Part shown: piece after piece, positions 23,928-30,402 of the stretch | Numbering within the stretch: the first letter of the stretch is position 1 | Layout of the letters: each line of letters opens with the position of its first letter | From: a virus | IMG/VR virus record: IMGVR_UViG_3300050490_000017 | Strand: one strand, 5' to 3' | DNA length: 41,658 nucleotides | Made by a program: the position numbers and the translations under genes | The notes under the pieces: model-generated | What the model was told of the DNA's origin: nothing | The model's database searches: none | Seen by the model: only the letters and a program-made list of their open reading frames with translations

Positions 23928-24214
23928 GCTGCTTCTCCACTCGATACAGCCACAGCCCAATCGATCGCCTCTTGCGCGCTGGCAAGCTTCACGACCTTGG
24001 CGCCGCGCCAGGCATCATCAAATTCACGCTGGTTTTCGTTTAGGGTCTTGCCGTAGCCCTTGTGGCCGGTCTTGCATTCTACGAGGTAGTTCCGGCCTCG
24101 ATGCCCGACGAGCAGATCCACGGGTTGGTTCAGCCGGTAGACGCTGAAGCCACACTGGACGAGAGCGCTGACAATCTCGGGCTCGCTGATGTCTCGTTTC
24201 GCTGCGCGTCTCAT
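23924..24214 (-). CDS. PD-(D/E)xK nuclease (VRR-NUC / resolvase-like), 96 aa
   Basis: PVDLLVGHRGRNYLVECK fits the D...(D/E)xK nuclease core. The small size is typical of phage VRR-NUC proteins. Confidence 0.6.
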   Translation of the reverse strand: MRRAAKRDISEPEIVSALVQCGFSVYRLNQPVDLLVGHRGRNYLVECKTGHKGYGKTLNENQREFDDAWRGAKVVKLASAQEAIDWAVAVSSGEAA

Positions 24215-24477
24215 CAGCGCGCCTCCTTGCCGACATACGGAACGCGGCCGCGCTTTTCCTTCGTGATCCCAACGGCGTGATAGTACCGGCGCTGATATTC
24301 AAGCTGGTAGTCTCGACGGCTCAGATATCGGCCGATGTACTCCTGCTGAGAGGTGTCACCCTTCTCTTCGCTGCGCAGGGCGTGGATCTTCCTCTCGACG
24401 TCGGGGACCGGGATCTTGAGGATCTCGGATATCTGGAGGTAGTCCTTGCCGGAGCGGAAGAGTTCGAGGACGTTCAT
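24214..24477 (-). CDS. Hypothetical protein (87 aa)
   Basis: Tracked ORF, coupled at both ends. Confidence 0.55.
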   Translation of the reverse strand: MNVLELFRSGKDYLQISEILKIPVPDVERKIHALRSEEKGDTSQQEYIGRYLSRRDYQLEYQRRYYHAVGITKEKRGRVPYVGKEAR

Positions 24478-25118
24478 GCTGCTGTCCTCTCTGCTTCGAG
24501 GCGGCTGACCGATCGGGCGATCGAAATGAGAATGTCGCGGAAGGCTTCAGGGGTGGCGTTGCGGATGCGGGTCTTGTCCTTGCCGCCAACCGCTGCCATG
24601 ACGCCAATACGGCGGGCTTTCTCGTAGCCGTAACGCTCTACGGCATAGGCCGGCAGACGCTGTTCAGCTCGGCCCCAACGAAGGCTTGGCGGCTCTATAT
24701 CGACCGCATAGAGCCATGTCGGCTTACGGGAGAAGTGGCCGTAGTGACCTTGTTCAACCTGGCATGTCCAGCCGCCGAAACTGTCAGCGCGGCTCCATCC
24801 CATAGATCCCGGCCGCATCAGCCCGAAGAAATCCCATGCGAGACTATCTTTCGGGTGCTCAAGAACGCCGCCATAGTTCCGTACTGCCGTGAGCGCCGCG
24901 GCGAAACAACCGCCGTCCTCGCCTACCCGGTATTGACCTGGCTTGCGGGTCGAGCCGGTTGCGAAGCGTCCCCAGCGCTGGCAAGGAGGATGAGCCACCA
25001 CCGGGTGAGGGCCGGTATAAGACCGCGCGTCTCGTGGCTGGTCCCAAGGATCTACGCCCTCGATGCCGAAGTAGCCCCCGTTGCTCTCGACATAGAGCGC
25101 TGCAATCTTGGCCATCAT
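24474..25118 (-). CDS. Minimal C5-cytosine-methyltransferase-like protein (214 aa)
   Basis: Motif-like strings occur in canonical order: ALYVESNGGYFG (degenerate motif I), AHPPCQRWG (motif IV, PCQ), GVLEHP (motif VI, ENV-like) and IRNATPEAFRDILISI (motif X-like). There is almost no room for a target-recognition domain. Confidence 0.45.
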   Translation of the reverse strand: MMAKIAALYVESNGGYFGIEGVDPWDQPRDARSYTGPHPVVAHPPCQRWGRFATGSTRKPGQYRVGEDGGCFAAALTAVRNYGGVLEHPKDSLAWDFFGLMRPGSMGWSRADSFGGWTCQVEQGHYGHFSRKPTWLYAVDIEPPSLRWGRAEQRLPAYAVERYGYEKARRIGVMAAVGGKDKTRIRNATPEAFRDILISIARSVSRLEAERTAA

Positions 25119-25369
25119 TGGCGGCGCTCCTCAGTTCTGGATATTGCCGCTCTCGCCGCGACCACAGCCGGAATATCGTCTGCGAATTCATCGCCAACCA
25201 GAGAGCGAAGAAGTTCCTTGAGAGCATCCAACAGTTCGTTATTCGAACCTCGAAGCTGTTCGATCTCCGAGGCTGCCTCTTCCATGTCATCAACACCAAG
25301 ACCGCACATTTCAGGAGGCATAAAATGCTGAAGGCCGATCTCCTTCCGAATGCGCTCAACGATGTCCAT
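25115..25369 (-). CDS. Hypothetical acidic protein (84 aa)
   Basis: From ORF 25115..25375. ATG 25369 has an AAGGAG 7 nt upstream. Confidence 0.55.
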   Translation of the reverse strand: MDIVERIRKEIGLQHFMPPEMCGLGVDDMEEAASEIEQLRGSNNELLDALKELLRSLVGDEFADDIPAVVAARAAISRTEERRQ

Positions 25370-25419
25370 CGTCACTCTCCTTCAACTCCGGGCAGATCCA
25401 TTCCGCCCACGAGGCACCC

Positions 25420-25758
25420 TTATCTCTCAGCCATGCCGCGATTTTCATCCGCCGCGACAAGCTCAGCCATCTGACGAAGACGGGCGGTCTTGGCTCTGTA
25501 TTCTGCATGTTCGTCCCTCGCTCTTTTGAGAGCTTCAGCCGTCTCGAAAAGCTCCACCATCTGGTGATGCCTCACGATCCTGCTCTCGTTGTTCCACCAC
25601 CCCCGCAGGCGGCGCTCTGTCCATCTCATGTCTGGCTCGTCACGGTGCGGGAAGCGTCGGTTCAGCTCCTTCCACGCCGTGTGGAGCATGTCTCCGACGT
25701 GCCGCTTCCCGTGCGCTATCTCGGTAATCAAGAAGTTTGCGGTTGCTACATCGTCCAT
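25420..25758 (-). CDS. Hypothetical protein (112 aa from ATG 25758; tracked ORF extends to 25836)
   Basis: Tracked ORF. The start is uncertain because both candidate starts have weak RBSs. Confidence 0.5.
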   Translation of the reverse strand: MDDVATANFLITEIAHGKRHVGDMLHTAWKELNRRFPHRDEPDMRWTERRLRGWWNNESRIVRHHQMVELFETAEALKRARDEHAEYRAKTARLRQMAELVAADENRGMAER

Positions 25759-25894
25759 TTTCCTACTAACGCCCTGTTTTAGTTTTCCCGAATCCTCGGG
25801 GGAAATTCCCGACACTGCCGCTCTCCTTTGGTGCATCTTCGCTCTTGTTCACCGGAGCTACTGAAGATGACCAAATGGGACACTCAGATACTAG

Positions 25895-26142
25895 GAGACG
25901 AAGGAGCCGCCCTTGCCGGGGCACTGGCCCCTTCGTCTCGCTCAGGCACCCGCCGCCGGGAACCAGCAATTTTAGTATTCAGCCAGCGCCCCGCCGCCCG
26001 GATATCGCCGGCTGATGCGATGGAGCCCGATGAGGGTTTCGAGTCCTTGGGCTCCATCGCCGTTCGATTGCTTGCTGAATGGAGCAAGCCGCGTATGAGG
26101 TTGCTGGCGCCGCCCCAAGGAGGGGGAAAGGGCGACGCCAGC
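25895..26142. ncRNA. Hairpin-dense non-coding segment (candidate structured RNA; strand unresolved)
   Basis: Four perfect or near-perfect stems: 25895-25904/25930-25939 (10 bp), 26017-26028/26049-26060 (12 bp), 26071-26076/26083-26088 (6 bp) and 26103-26109/26136-26142 plus 26111-26115/26130-26134 (7+5 bp). There is no codon-phase GC bias (about 67/63/58 percent, hand count). Confidence 0.35.
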
Positions 26143-26158
26143 GCCTGACAGTCCTCGA

Positions 26159-26347
26159 TCAGGGAGGGGGGAGAGAGCTGTCGGGGTTGGAAACTGGTGA
26201 CTGTTCGTCGATAATGGCGTCTATTGCCGCGACCAGATGGCAAAGCAGATGGTCGATCGCGCGGGGAGAGCCAATGTTGTAGTCAGGCTCATTCCGAGCG
26301 ACCATGAGCACGTCACGGATTTCTTTCAAACGCGCCTTGTCGCTCAC
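26159..26347 (-). CDS. Hypothetical protein (62 aa, GTG start)
   Basis: Tracked ORF with a GTGA overlap with the upstream stop. Confidence 0.5.
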   Translation of the reverse strand: MSDKARLKEIRDVLMVARNEPDYNIGSPRAIDHLLCHLVAAIDAIIDEQSPVSNPDSSLPPP

Positions 26348-26523
26348 GACGCGAACTCCTTCGAAATCACGTGAACGAGGATCGCCTCAAGCTCAGCGTC
26401 GTTTTCGACATTCGGATGGTTGCGATCGAGATTGCGCTTGAGGAAGTCCACGAACGCCTTGACCATGCAGAACGACGCGGCTCCGACGGGAATTGCGATG
26501 AAGATGGGGGCGAATTCGGTCAT
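26344..26523 (-). CDS. Small membrane protein (59 aa)
   Basis: Not in the track. Sequence MTEFAPIFIAIPVGAASFCMVKAFVDFLKRNLDRNHPNVENDAELEAILVHVISKEFAS. ATGA overlap upstream and GTGA overlap downstream. Confidence 0.5.
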   Translation of the reverse strand: MTEFAPIFIAIPVGAASFCMVKAFVDFLKRNLDRNHPNVENDAELEAILVHVISKEFAS

Positions 26524-26846
26524 GCCGGCACCTTTACGGTTGGCTTGTTCAGCATTGAGGTGAAGATGGAAATGTCTGTTTTGCGCTCGATGACGGGACG
26601 GAAGCGGGTAGCTCTGAAGCCAGTGCCAGGCCAGTCCTTCGCTTCGGCTACAGTCAACGCAACGCCTTCTCGTCCGGTCACAGGATCATGGCCGTAGAAA
26701 ACTTCTTTCACTGTGTATATTTCGCCCTCGACGAGTTCCGACCACCATTTGCGATAGGAGATCAGGCCGAGAAACTTCCTCTTCTCCCAAGTGGTGTTAT
26801 GAGCATCGATGCAAACGACCTTCTGCCCGACATGAAAGCTCACCAT
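26520..26846 (-). CDS. Hypothetical protein (108 aa)
   Basis: Tracked ORF in the operon. Confidence 0.6.
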   Translation of the reverse strand: MVSFHVGQKVVCIDAHNTTWEKRKFLGLISYRKWWSELVEGEIYTVKEVFYGHDPVTGREGVALTVAEAKDWPGTGFRATRFRPVIERKTDISIFTSMLNKPTVKVPA

Positions 26847-27043
26847 GATTGCACCTCTTGTTTTTCGTGGAGGATTTCCTGAAGAGCCTTGAGTACACCG
26901 GCGAACTGACCCGCAGTGATCGTCACCTCATCGTCGTAAAGTCTGAACAGATTTGCTTGGGTGATGACGACGTTGCCGTCGTTCGTGTGCTCGATCTTGA
27001 TTTCGCCGGGGCTGTATTCGGTTTCTGTATTGGGATTGGTCAT
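26840..27043 (-). CDS. Hypothetical protein (67 aa)
   Basis: Tracked ORF with an ATGA overlap upstream. Confidence 0.55.
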   Translation of the reverse strand: MTNPNTETEYSPGEIKIEHTNDGNVVITQANLFRLYDDEVTITAGQFAGVLKALQEILHEKQEVQSW

Positions 27044-27300
27044 GCTGCGTCGCCTTCTTTGGGAAAGCTTTCCACATGAGCACCATCACTAATCTGTTGA
27101 GCGATGAACCCGGCGGTAAAGGCATCTTGGAACTGACCACGGCTCTTCATGTGCTCTTCCAGGCTGCGGCAGGCGTCAACGCAACGCTGGCGCTCTGCGA
27201 GTATGGCGCGGCAAAGCATCGGGATTTCCTGGCTTGGCTCCATCTCGTCAAACGAGCGGCAAGCTATCTCCCAAACCTCGTTGCTGAACTCGTCTGTCAC
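27040..27300 (-). CDS. Hypothetical protein (86 aa, GTG start)
   Basis: Tracked ORF with a strong GGGAGGGAG RBS upstream. Confidence 0.6.
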   Translation of the reverse strand: MTDEFSNEVWEIACRSFDEMEPSQEIPMLCRAILAERQRCVDACRSLEEHMKSRGQFQDAFTAGFIAQQISDGAHVESFPKEGDAA

Positions 27301-27334
27301 GCTCTCTCCCTCCCTGTGGTTCTATCTGTGGGGT

Positions 27335-28441
27335 TCATGCTGCGTCGCCTTCGCGCTGGATGGAGGTGATTTCAGCGAGCTTTGCTTGGTACGCAGCCGA
27401 CGCGTCTTCAGGATTTTTGAATGAACCGAGATACCGGTTCCGACCGCAAATGCAGATTTGAGCCATGTATCGGTTATTCGATATCGTCACGCCGAGAGGA
27501 AGATCGAAGTGTTTCGTTCTTGAGGACTTCCGTTCGCGGCTACTCAGCTTCCGGCGCACGTCAACCATGACTTCCTCATGCCGAGGGTGGCTTTTTCGAT
27601 ACGGGTTGTTGGGCTGGAAAGTGACGTTGTGAAGCGCTGGAGCTATATAGACATTCCCAATCGAGTATTCGCCCTGGTCTCCAAACCGGCACATGACGTA
27701 TTCGTCTCTCCGGCGCCCTCGCAATGCCCATTTCCCAGAAGCCTCCCATACGCTCCACCATTCGGAGAACGTCATGGTCCAAGCGATCGATCGACGACGC
27801 GCGTTCATGCGCTGGCTGTTGAAGCATGTGACTGGCTGGGTTATTTCTGGTCGAAGTTGCCTCGCCAGTTCGTGGATCCTGATGTATTCCTCGACGGAGC
27901 AGCCATACTTTTTCTGGTAACGACGCTCCTTCACAGCCTTGCGAGCCGATTCATTGCGAGAAGCCACGACGCGCTGGCCACCATCGGCAGCCGTCATGCC
28001 GTGACGCTTCTTGATGATCTGCCGAACTCGTTCGCGAGTGACGCTGAAAAGCTCGCCAATCTCCGCCAGCGTCTTCCCACCTCGATACATTGCCGCCATC
28101 GCGTCAGCCCTGTCTCTGTCGAACGGGGTATCCATCGGATGGGCAAATGTGATGCTATGTTCGCGGGCGATCCGGCTGACAATATTGAGCGAGATACCAA
28201 GACGATCGGCGGTTTGCTGGCGGGTAAAGCCCGTCTCTGCTGCTTCGATGATCTGACCAACTCTGGGATCGTCTCCCAATTCTTCCCGCTCGACGCTAAC
28301 ACCAAAATCGAAACCGAAGCGTTTGGAGTAGCTAAGCAGTGTGGCTCGGGTGAAGCCGGATGCTTTGCTGGCCTCCGAAAGAGAGAGGCCCGAATATTGG
28401 CCGATCGTCTCGGCTCGCTTTTCCCAGAGTTCGTTTCTCAT
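27335..28441 (-). CDS. Multi-HTH DNA-binding protein with a C-terminal AP2 domain (368 aa)
   Basis: It carries a sigma70-region-4-like HTH (GKTLAEIGELFSVTRERVRQII) plus at least two further HTH-like segments. The C-terminus LPLGVTISNNRYMAQICICGRNRYLGSFKNPEDASAAYQAK matches the AP2 fold pattern. ATGA overlap with the cro-like gene. Confidence 0.6.
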   Translation of the reverse strand: MRNELWEKRAETIGQYSGLSLSEASKASGFTRATLLSYSKRFGFDFGVSVEREELGDDPRVGQIIEAAETGFTRQQTADRLGISLNIVSRIAREHSITFAHPMDTPFDRDRADAMAAMYRGGKTLAEIGELFSVTRERVRQIIKKRHGMTAADGGQRVVASRNESARKAVKERRYQKKYGCSVEEYIRIHELARQLRPEITQPVTCFNSQRMNARRRSIAWTMTFSEWWSVWEASGKWALRGRRRDEYVMCRFGDQGEYSIGNVYIAPALHNVTFQPNNPYRKSHPRHEEVMVDVRRKLSSRERKSSRTKHFDLPLGVTISNNRYMAQICICGRNRYLGSFKNPEDASAAYQAKLAEITSIQREGDAA

Positions 28442-28662
28442 GCCGCACTCTCCTGCGACGCGATCAACATTCCCTCGTACAGGTCAGGCCGCAGCTCGTG
28501 GCGCGGTATCCCTGTCTCTCGGGAAATGGCCACCAGTTTGTCAGCAGGGACGATGTCCCACTGGTTGATGGCGCCAGGAGTGATGTTCAGAGCTGCCGCC
28601 AATTTGGTGAGACGACCGCGCTCGGCTTTGAGGTACTTGTAGAGGGGGGATCGCTTTTTCAT
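28438..28662 (-). CDS. Cro/YdaS-type HTH regulator (74 aa), first gene of the early-left operon
   Basis: RGRLTKLAAALNITPGAINQWDIVPADKLVAISRETGIPRHELRPDLY matches the Cro/YdaS family pattern. It is divergent from the XRE repressor gene. Confidence 0.8.
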   Translation of the reverse strand: MKKRSPLYKYLKAERGRLTKLAAALNITPGAINQWDIVPADKLVAISRETGIPRHELRPDLYEGMLIASQESAA

Positions 28663-28668
28663 CCCTCG

Positions 28669-28707
28669 ACTATAGTCCGACTACAATTATAGCGCAACTA
28701 TTATTTT
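28669..28707. promoter_or_regulatory. Left operator/promoter module (two 17-bp-spaced TAGT-N3-ACTA sites, back-to-back promoters)
   Basis: TAGTCCGACTA at 28673-83 and TAGCGCAACTA at 28690-700. Leftward promoter: TTGCGC (28697-92), 17-nt spacer, TATAGT (28674-69). Rightward promoter: ccGACt, spacer, TATTAT (28699-704). 34/37 identical to the inverted copy at 29957-29993. Confidence 0.6.
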
Positions 28708-28711
28708 CAGT

Positions 28712-29083
28712 GTGGCTATGTGGAAAATGAGAAAAATTCAGTTCAAGACTCCTAGTATGGCTAGAAGCAAGGAACCGCTTAGGACAGAGGGCGTACGCCA
28801 CTACATCAGGGAGTGGCGCAAGTTCCGCGGTTTGACGCAGGAGAGGCTTGCCGAGCGAACGCCTTTTACCCACGGCGCCATTTCTCAGGTCGAAACCGGC
28901 CGCACCAGCTACACGCAGGAAATGCTAGAAGCCCTCGCAGTCGCGCTCGATTGCACTCCAGGCGATCTTCTCAACGTAAATCCGTTCAAAGAGGGTGATG
29001 TCGTCGACCTGATGCGGCTCATCAACGACAAGAACCGCGACCAGGCTATCCGCGTCCTTCGGGCGTTGACCGGGAACGACTAG
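28712..29083 (+). CDS. XRE-family HTH repressor (cI-like, no peptidase domain), up to 123 aa
   Basis: IREWRKFRGLTQERLAERTPFTHGAISQVETGRTSYTQEMLEALAVALDCTPGDLL is a canonical XRE HTH. The start is uncertain (GTG 28712, ATG 28718, 28727 or 28760). Confidence 0.8.
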   Translation: MAMWKMRKIQFKTPSMARSKEPLRTEGVRHYIREWRKFRGLTQERLAERTPFTHGAISQVETGRTSYTQEMLEALAVALDCTPGDLLNVNPFKEGDVVDLMRLINDKNRDQAIRVLRALTGND

Positions 29084-29301
29084 AGAATTTTCGAAACCAA
29101 AACGAATTCTAGGTTTTTATCGACCGTCACCCGCCATTGGCCGCCGGCAAGCTTCCTCATGGTTTCGGATAACTGACCGGCTTCGGTGAGGCATAATTCC
29201 ATCGATGCCGACTGAGCGGCTGCAGGCTTCAGAACTGCGGAAGCGGCGACACCGGTTGTAATGGCTCTGATGACTTCGCGTCTTGTTTGCATCTGGTGCA
29301 C
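29080..29301 (-). CDS. Small Tat-signal secreted protein (73 aa precursor)
   Basis: MHQMQTRREVIRAITTGVAASAVLKPAAAQ-S has a twin arginine, an h-region and an AxA-type site. A GGGGAG RBS lies 9 nt upstream. Its stop shares the palindrome CTAG with the repressor stop. Confidence 0.55.
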   Translation of the reverse strand: MHQMQTRREVIRAITTGVAASAVLKPAAAQSASMELCLTEAGQLSETMRKLAGGQWRVTVDKNLEFVLVSKIL

Positions 29302-29505
29302 TCCCCCCGATTTTCCTATTAGGCTGGCGCATTTTAGGGATTTATCAACTTACGATATCGAGAGTTCCCCGAATCCGCTTCGGGTGGTTAATAGATGTAC
29401 ACGAGTGCATGGCGATTTCCTGCCTCGATCTTATCCTTGTTCGATACTGTCCCACCCTTCCAATTATTCCCCTCAGAGCAAGAACCTCTTTAAAACAAAT
29501 AAAGT

Positions 29506-29584
29506 CCGTTCTTAAGCATGACCGTTCTTATGGGTGCATTACCACGCACCTTACTACGTGCATCACCATGCACCTTAGAACGGT
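29506..29584. repeat. Iteron-like repeat cluster downstream of the winged-helix gene
   Basis: CCGTTCTTA at 29506-14 and 29522-30, with an inverted copy at 29576-83. The 20-bp repeat GTGCAT(T/C)ACCA(C/T)GCACCTTA occurs at 29534-53 and 29558-77 (18/20 identical, 24-bp period). The second copy contains the perfect palindrome GTGCAT-cacc-ATGCAC. An A/T-rich tract lies at 29481-29505. Confidence 0.8.
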
Positions 29585-29919
29585 CCTGATAGCTCGACAG
29601 GAACAAGCTCATAGGCGTTAAATCTTTTTGTATGGCCCGGGATTTTTACGCGGGTTGCCCTGATAAGGTTTTCTGATTTCAGCTTTGCAACTGCGCTTTT
29701 GACGATCCTGACGCCACAACTCAAGTCATCCGCTATTCGCCCCTGCGACAGAACCCAGATGCCGCTGGAAGGGTTGATCGACGACGCGATTCTGATCGCC
29801 ACCAGCTTCTCTACATAGGTCATCTCGCCTTTAGGTCGGCAGAGCACGTGCTTAATCCAATTGTCGCGCATGCGGTAAAATTCCCCGGCTGGGGATAGCT
29901 GTCTCTGTCTGGTGTCCAT
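29575..29919 (-). CDS. Winged-helix (HTH_36-like) DNA-binding protein (114 aa)
   Basis: VAIRIASSINPSSGIWVLSQGRIADDLSCGVRIVKSAVAKLKSENLI follows the pattern of HTH_36 replication-initiator or regulator N-domains. A GGGAG RBS is present. It is transcribed inward from the right operator module. Confidence 0.55.
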   Translation of the reverse strand: MDTRQRQLSPAGEFYRMRDNWIKHVLCRPKGEMTYVEKLVAIRIASSINPSSGIWVLSQGRIADDLSCGVRIVKSAVAKLKSENLIRATRVKIPGHTKRFNAYELVPVELSGPF

Positions 29920-29946
29920 CTCCCAACATTATCTGAATATTTTTGG

Positions 29947-29995
29947 TAGTGCCACTAAAAAAATAGTTGCGCTATAATTCTAGTGGGACTATAAC
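29947..29995. promoter_or_regulatory. Right operator/promoter module (three TAGT-N3-(A/G)CTA sites at exact 17-bp spacing, back-to-back promoters)
   Basis: TAGTGCCACTA at 29947-57, TAGTTGCGCTA at 29964-74 and TAGTGGGACTA at 29981-91. Rightward promoter: TTGCGC (29967-72), 17-nt spacer, TATAAC (29990-95). Leftward mirror promoter: -10 TATTTT (29965-60). Confidence 0.6.
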
Positions 29996-30063
29996 TGGTA
30001 ATCACACAAGCAGAACGACAGGCACACCCCCGCCGCTCTGCTCCACGAGGAGAGGATGAGAAG

Positions 30064-30402
30064 ATGAGCAACGAAAAGATCGCCCAGTCTATCGCTGACA
30101 TGGTGACGGAATGGGTTGAGGGCGGAATTCGTGGCGGGACCGATTGGCGTAATGGCCTGGCGGTCATCATCGAGAAGCGTCTTGATCGCTTCAAGACTTT
30201 GCAGCCAATCGCGACGGCAGACAAGGATGCCGAACGGCTGACGCTCTGCATTGTTCGCAACGGCGTTCTCGAAGAACTCCACCTTGGCGGTTACCGGTAC
30301 GCGATCAACGACGACGAGGTGTCATGCTGGTGGAGCGACCAAAGCGACGACGAAATAGTTCCGACGCATTGGATGCCAGCACCGGCGTCTCCCACCGCCT
30401 AA
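30064..30402 (+). CDS. DUF551-like protein (112 aa), first gene of the early-right operon
   Basis: A GGAGAGG RBS is present. The C-terminal VPTHWMPAPASP motif is shared with 37583..37966. Confidence 0.5.
   Translation: MSNEKIAQSIADMVTEWVEGGIRGGTDWRNGLAVIIEKRLDRFKTLQPIATADKDAERLTLCIVRNGVLEELHLGGYRYAINDDEVSCWWSDQSDDEIVPTHWMPAPASPTA

Noticed and set aside
23924-25118. C5-MTase-like gene plus PD-(D/E)xK nuclease as a restriction-modification system
   Set aside because: The nuclease is a 96-aa VRR-NUC/resolvase-sized protein with no specificity domain. It is separated from the MTase-like gene by another gene, and both sit in a phage early operon. Independent phage functions are more consistent with this layout.
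26029-26048. tRNA-like T-arm (gagggTTTCGAGtcctt) inside the 12-bp stem
   Set aside because: Neither register gives the canonical G53-C61 pair with a TTCRANN loop. No D-arm, anticodon arm or acceptor/CCA context is present. It is not a tRNA or tmRNA-like element.
25828-26243. ORFs 25828..26148 (plus) and 25884..26243 (minus) as protein-coding genes
   Set aside because: They share a codon phase, which is mirror-ORF behaviour. Their translations are low-complexity S/P/R/A-rich. GC is flat across codon phases by my hand count. The minus-strand ORF overlaps the neighbouring 62-aa gene by 85 nt. I treat the interval as non-coding structured sequence instead.
27578-28642. 354-aa plus-strand ORF over the early-left genes
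   Set aside because: It is antisense to the 368-aa HTH/AP2 gene and the Cro-like gene, both of which have clear domain signatures. Its own translation has no RBS or motif.
29420-29440. DnaA-box-like TTATCCTTG near the iteron-like array
   Set aside because: It has three mismatches to TTATCCACA and occurs once. That is not distinguishable from chance.
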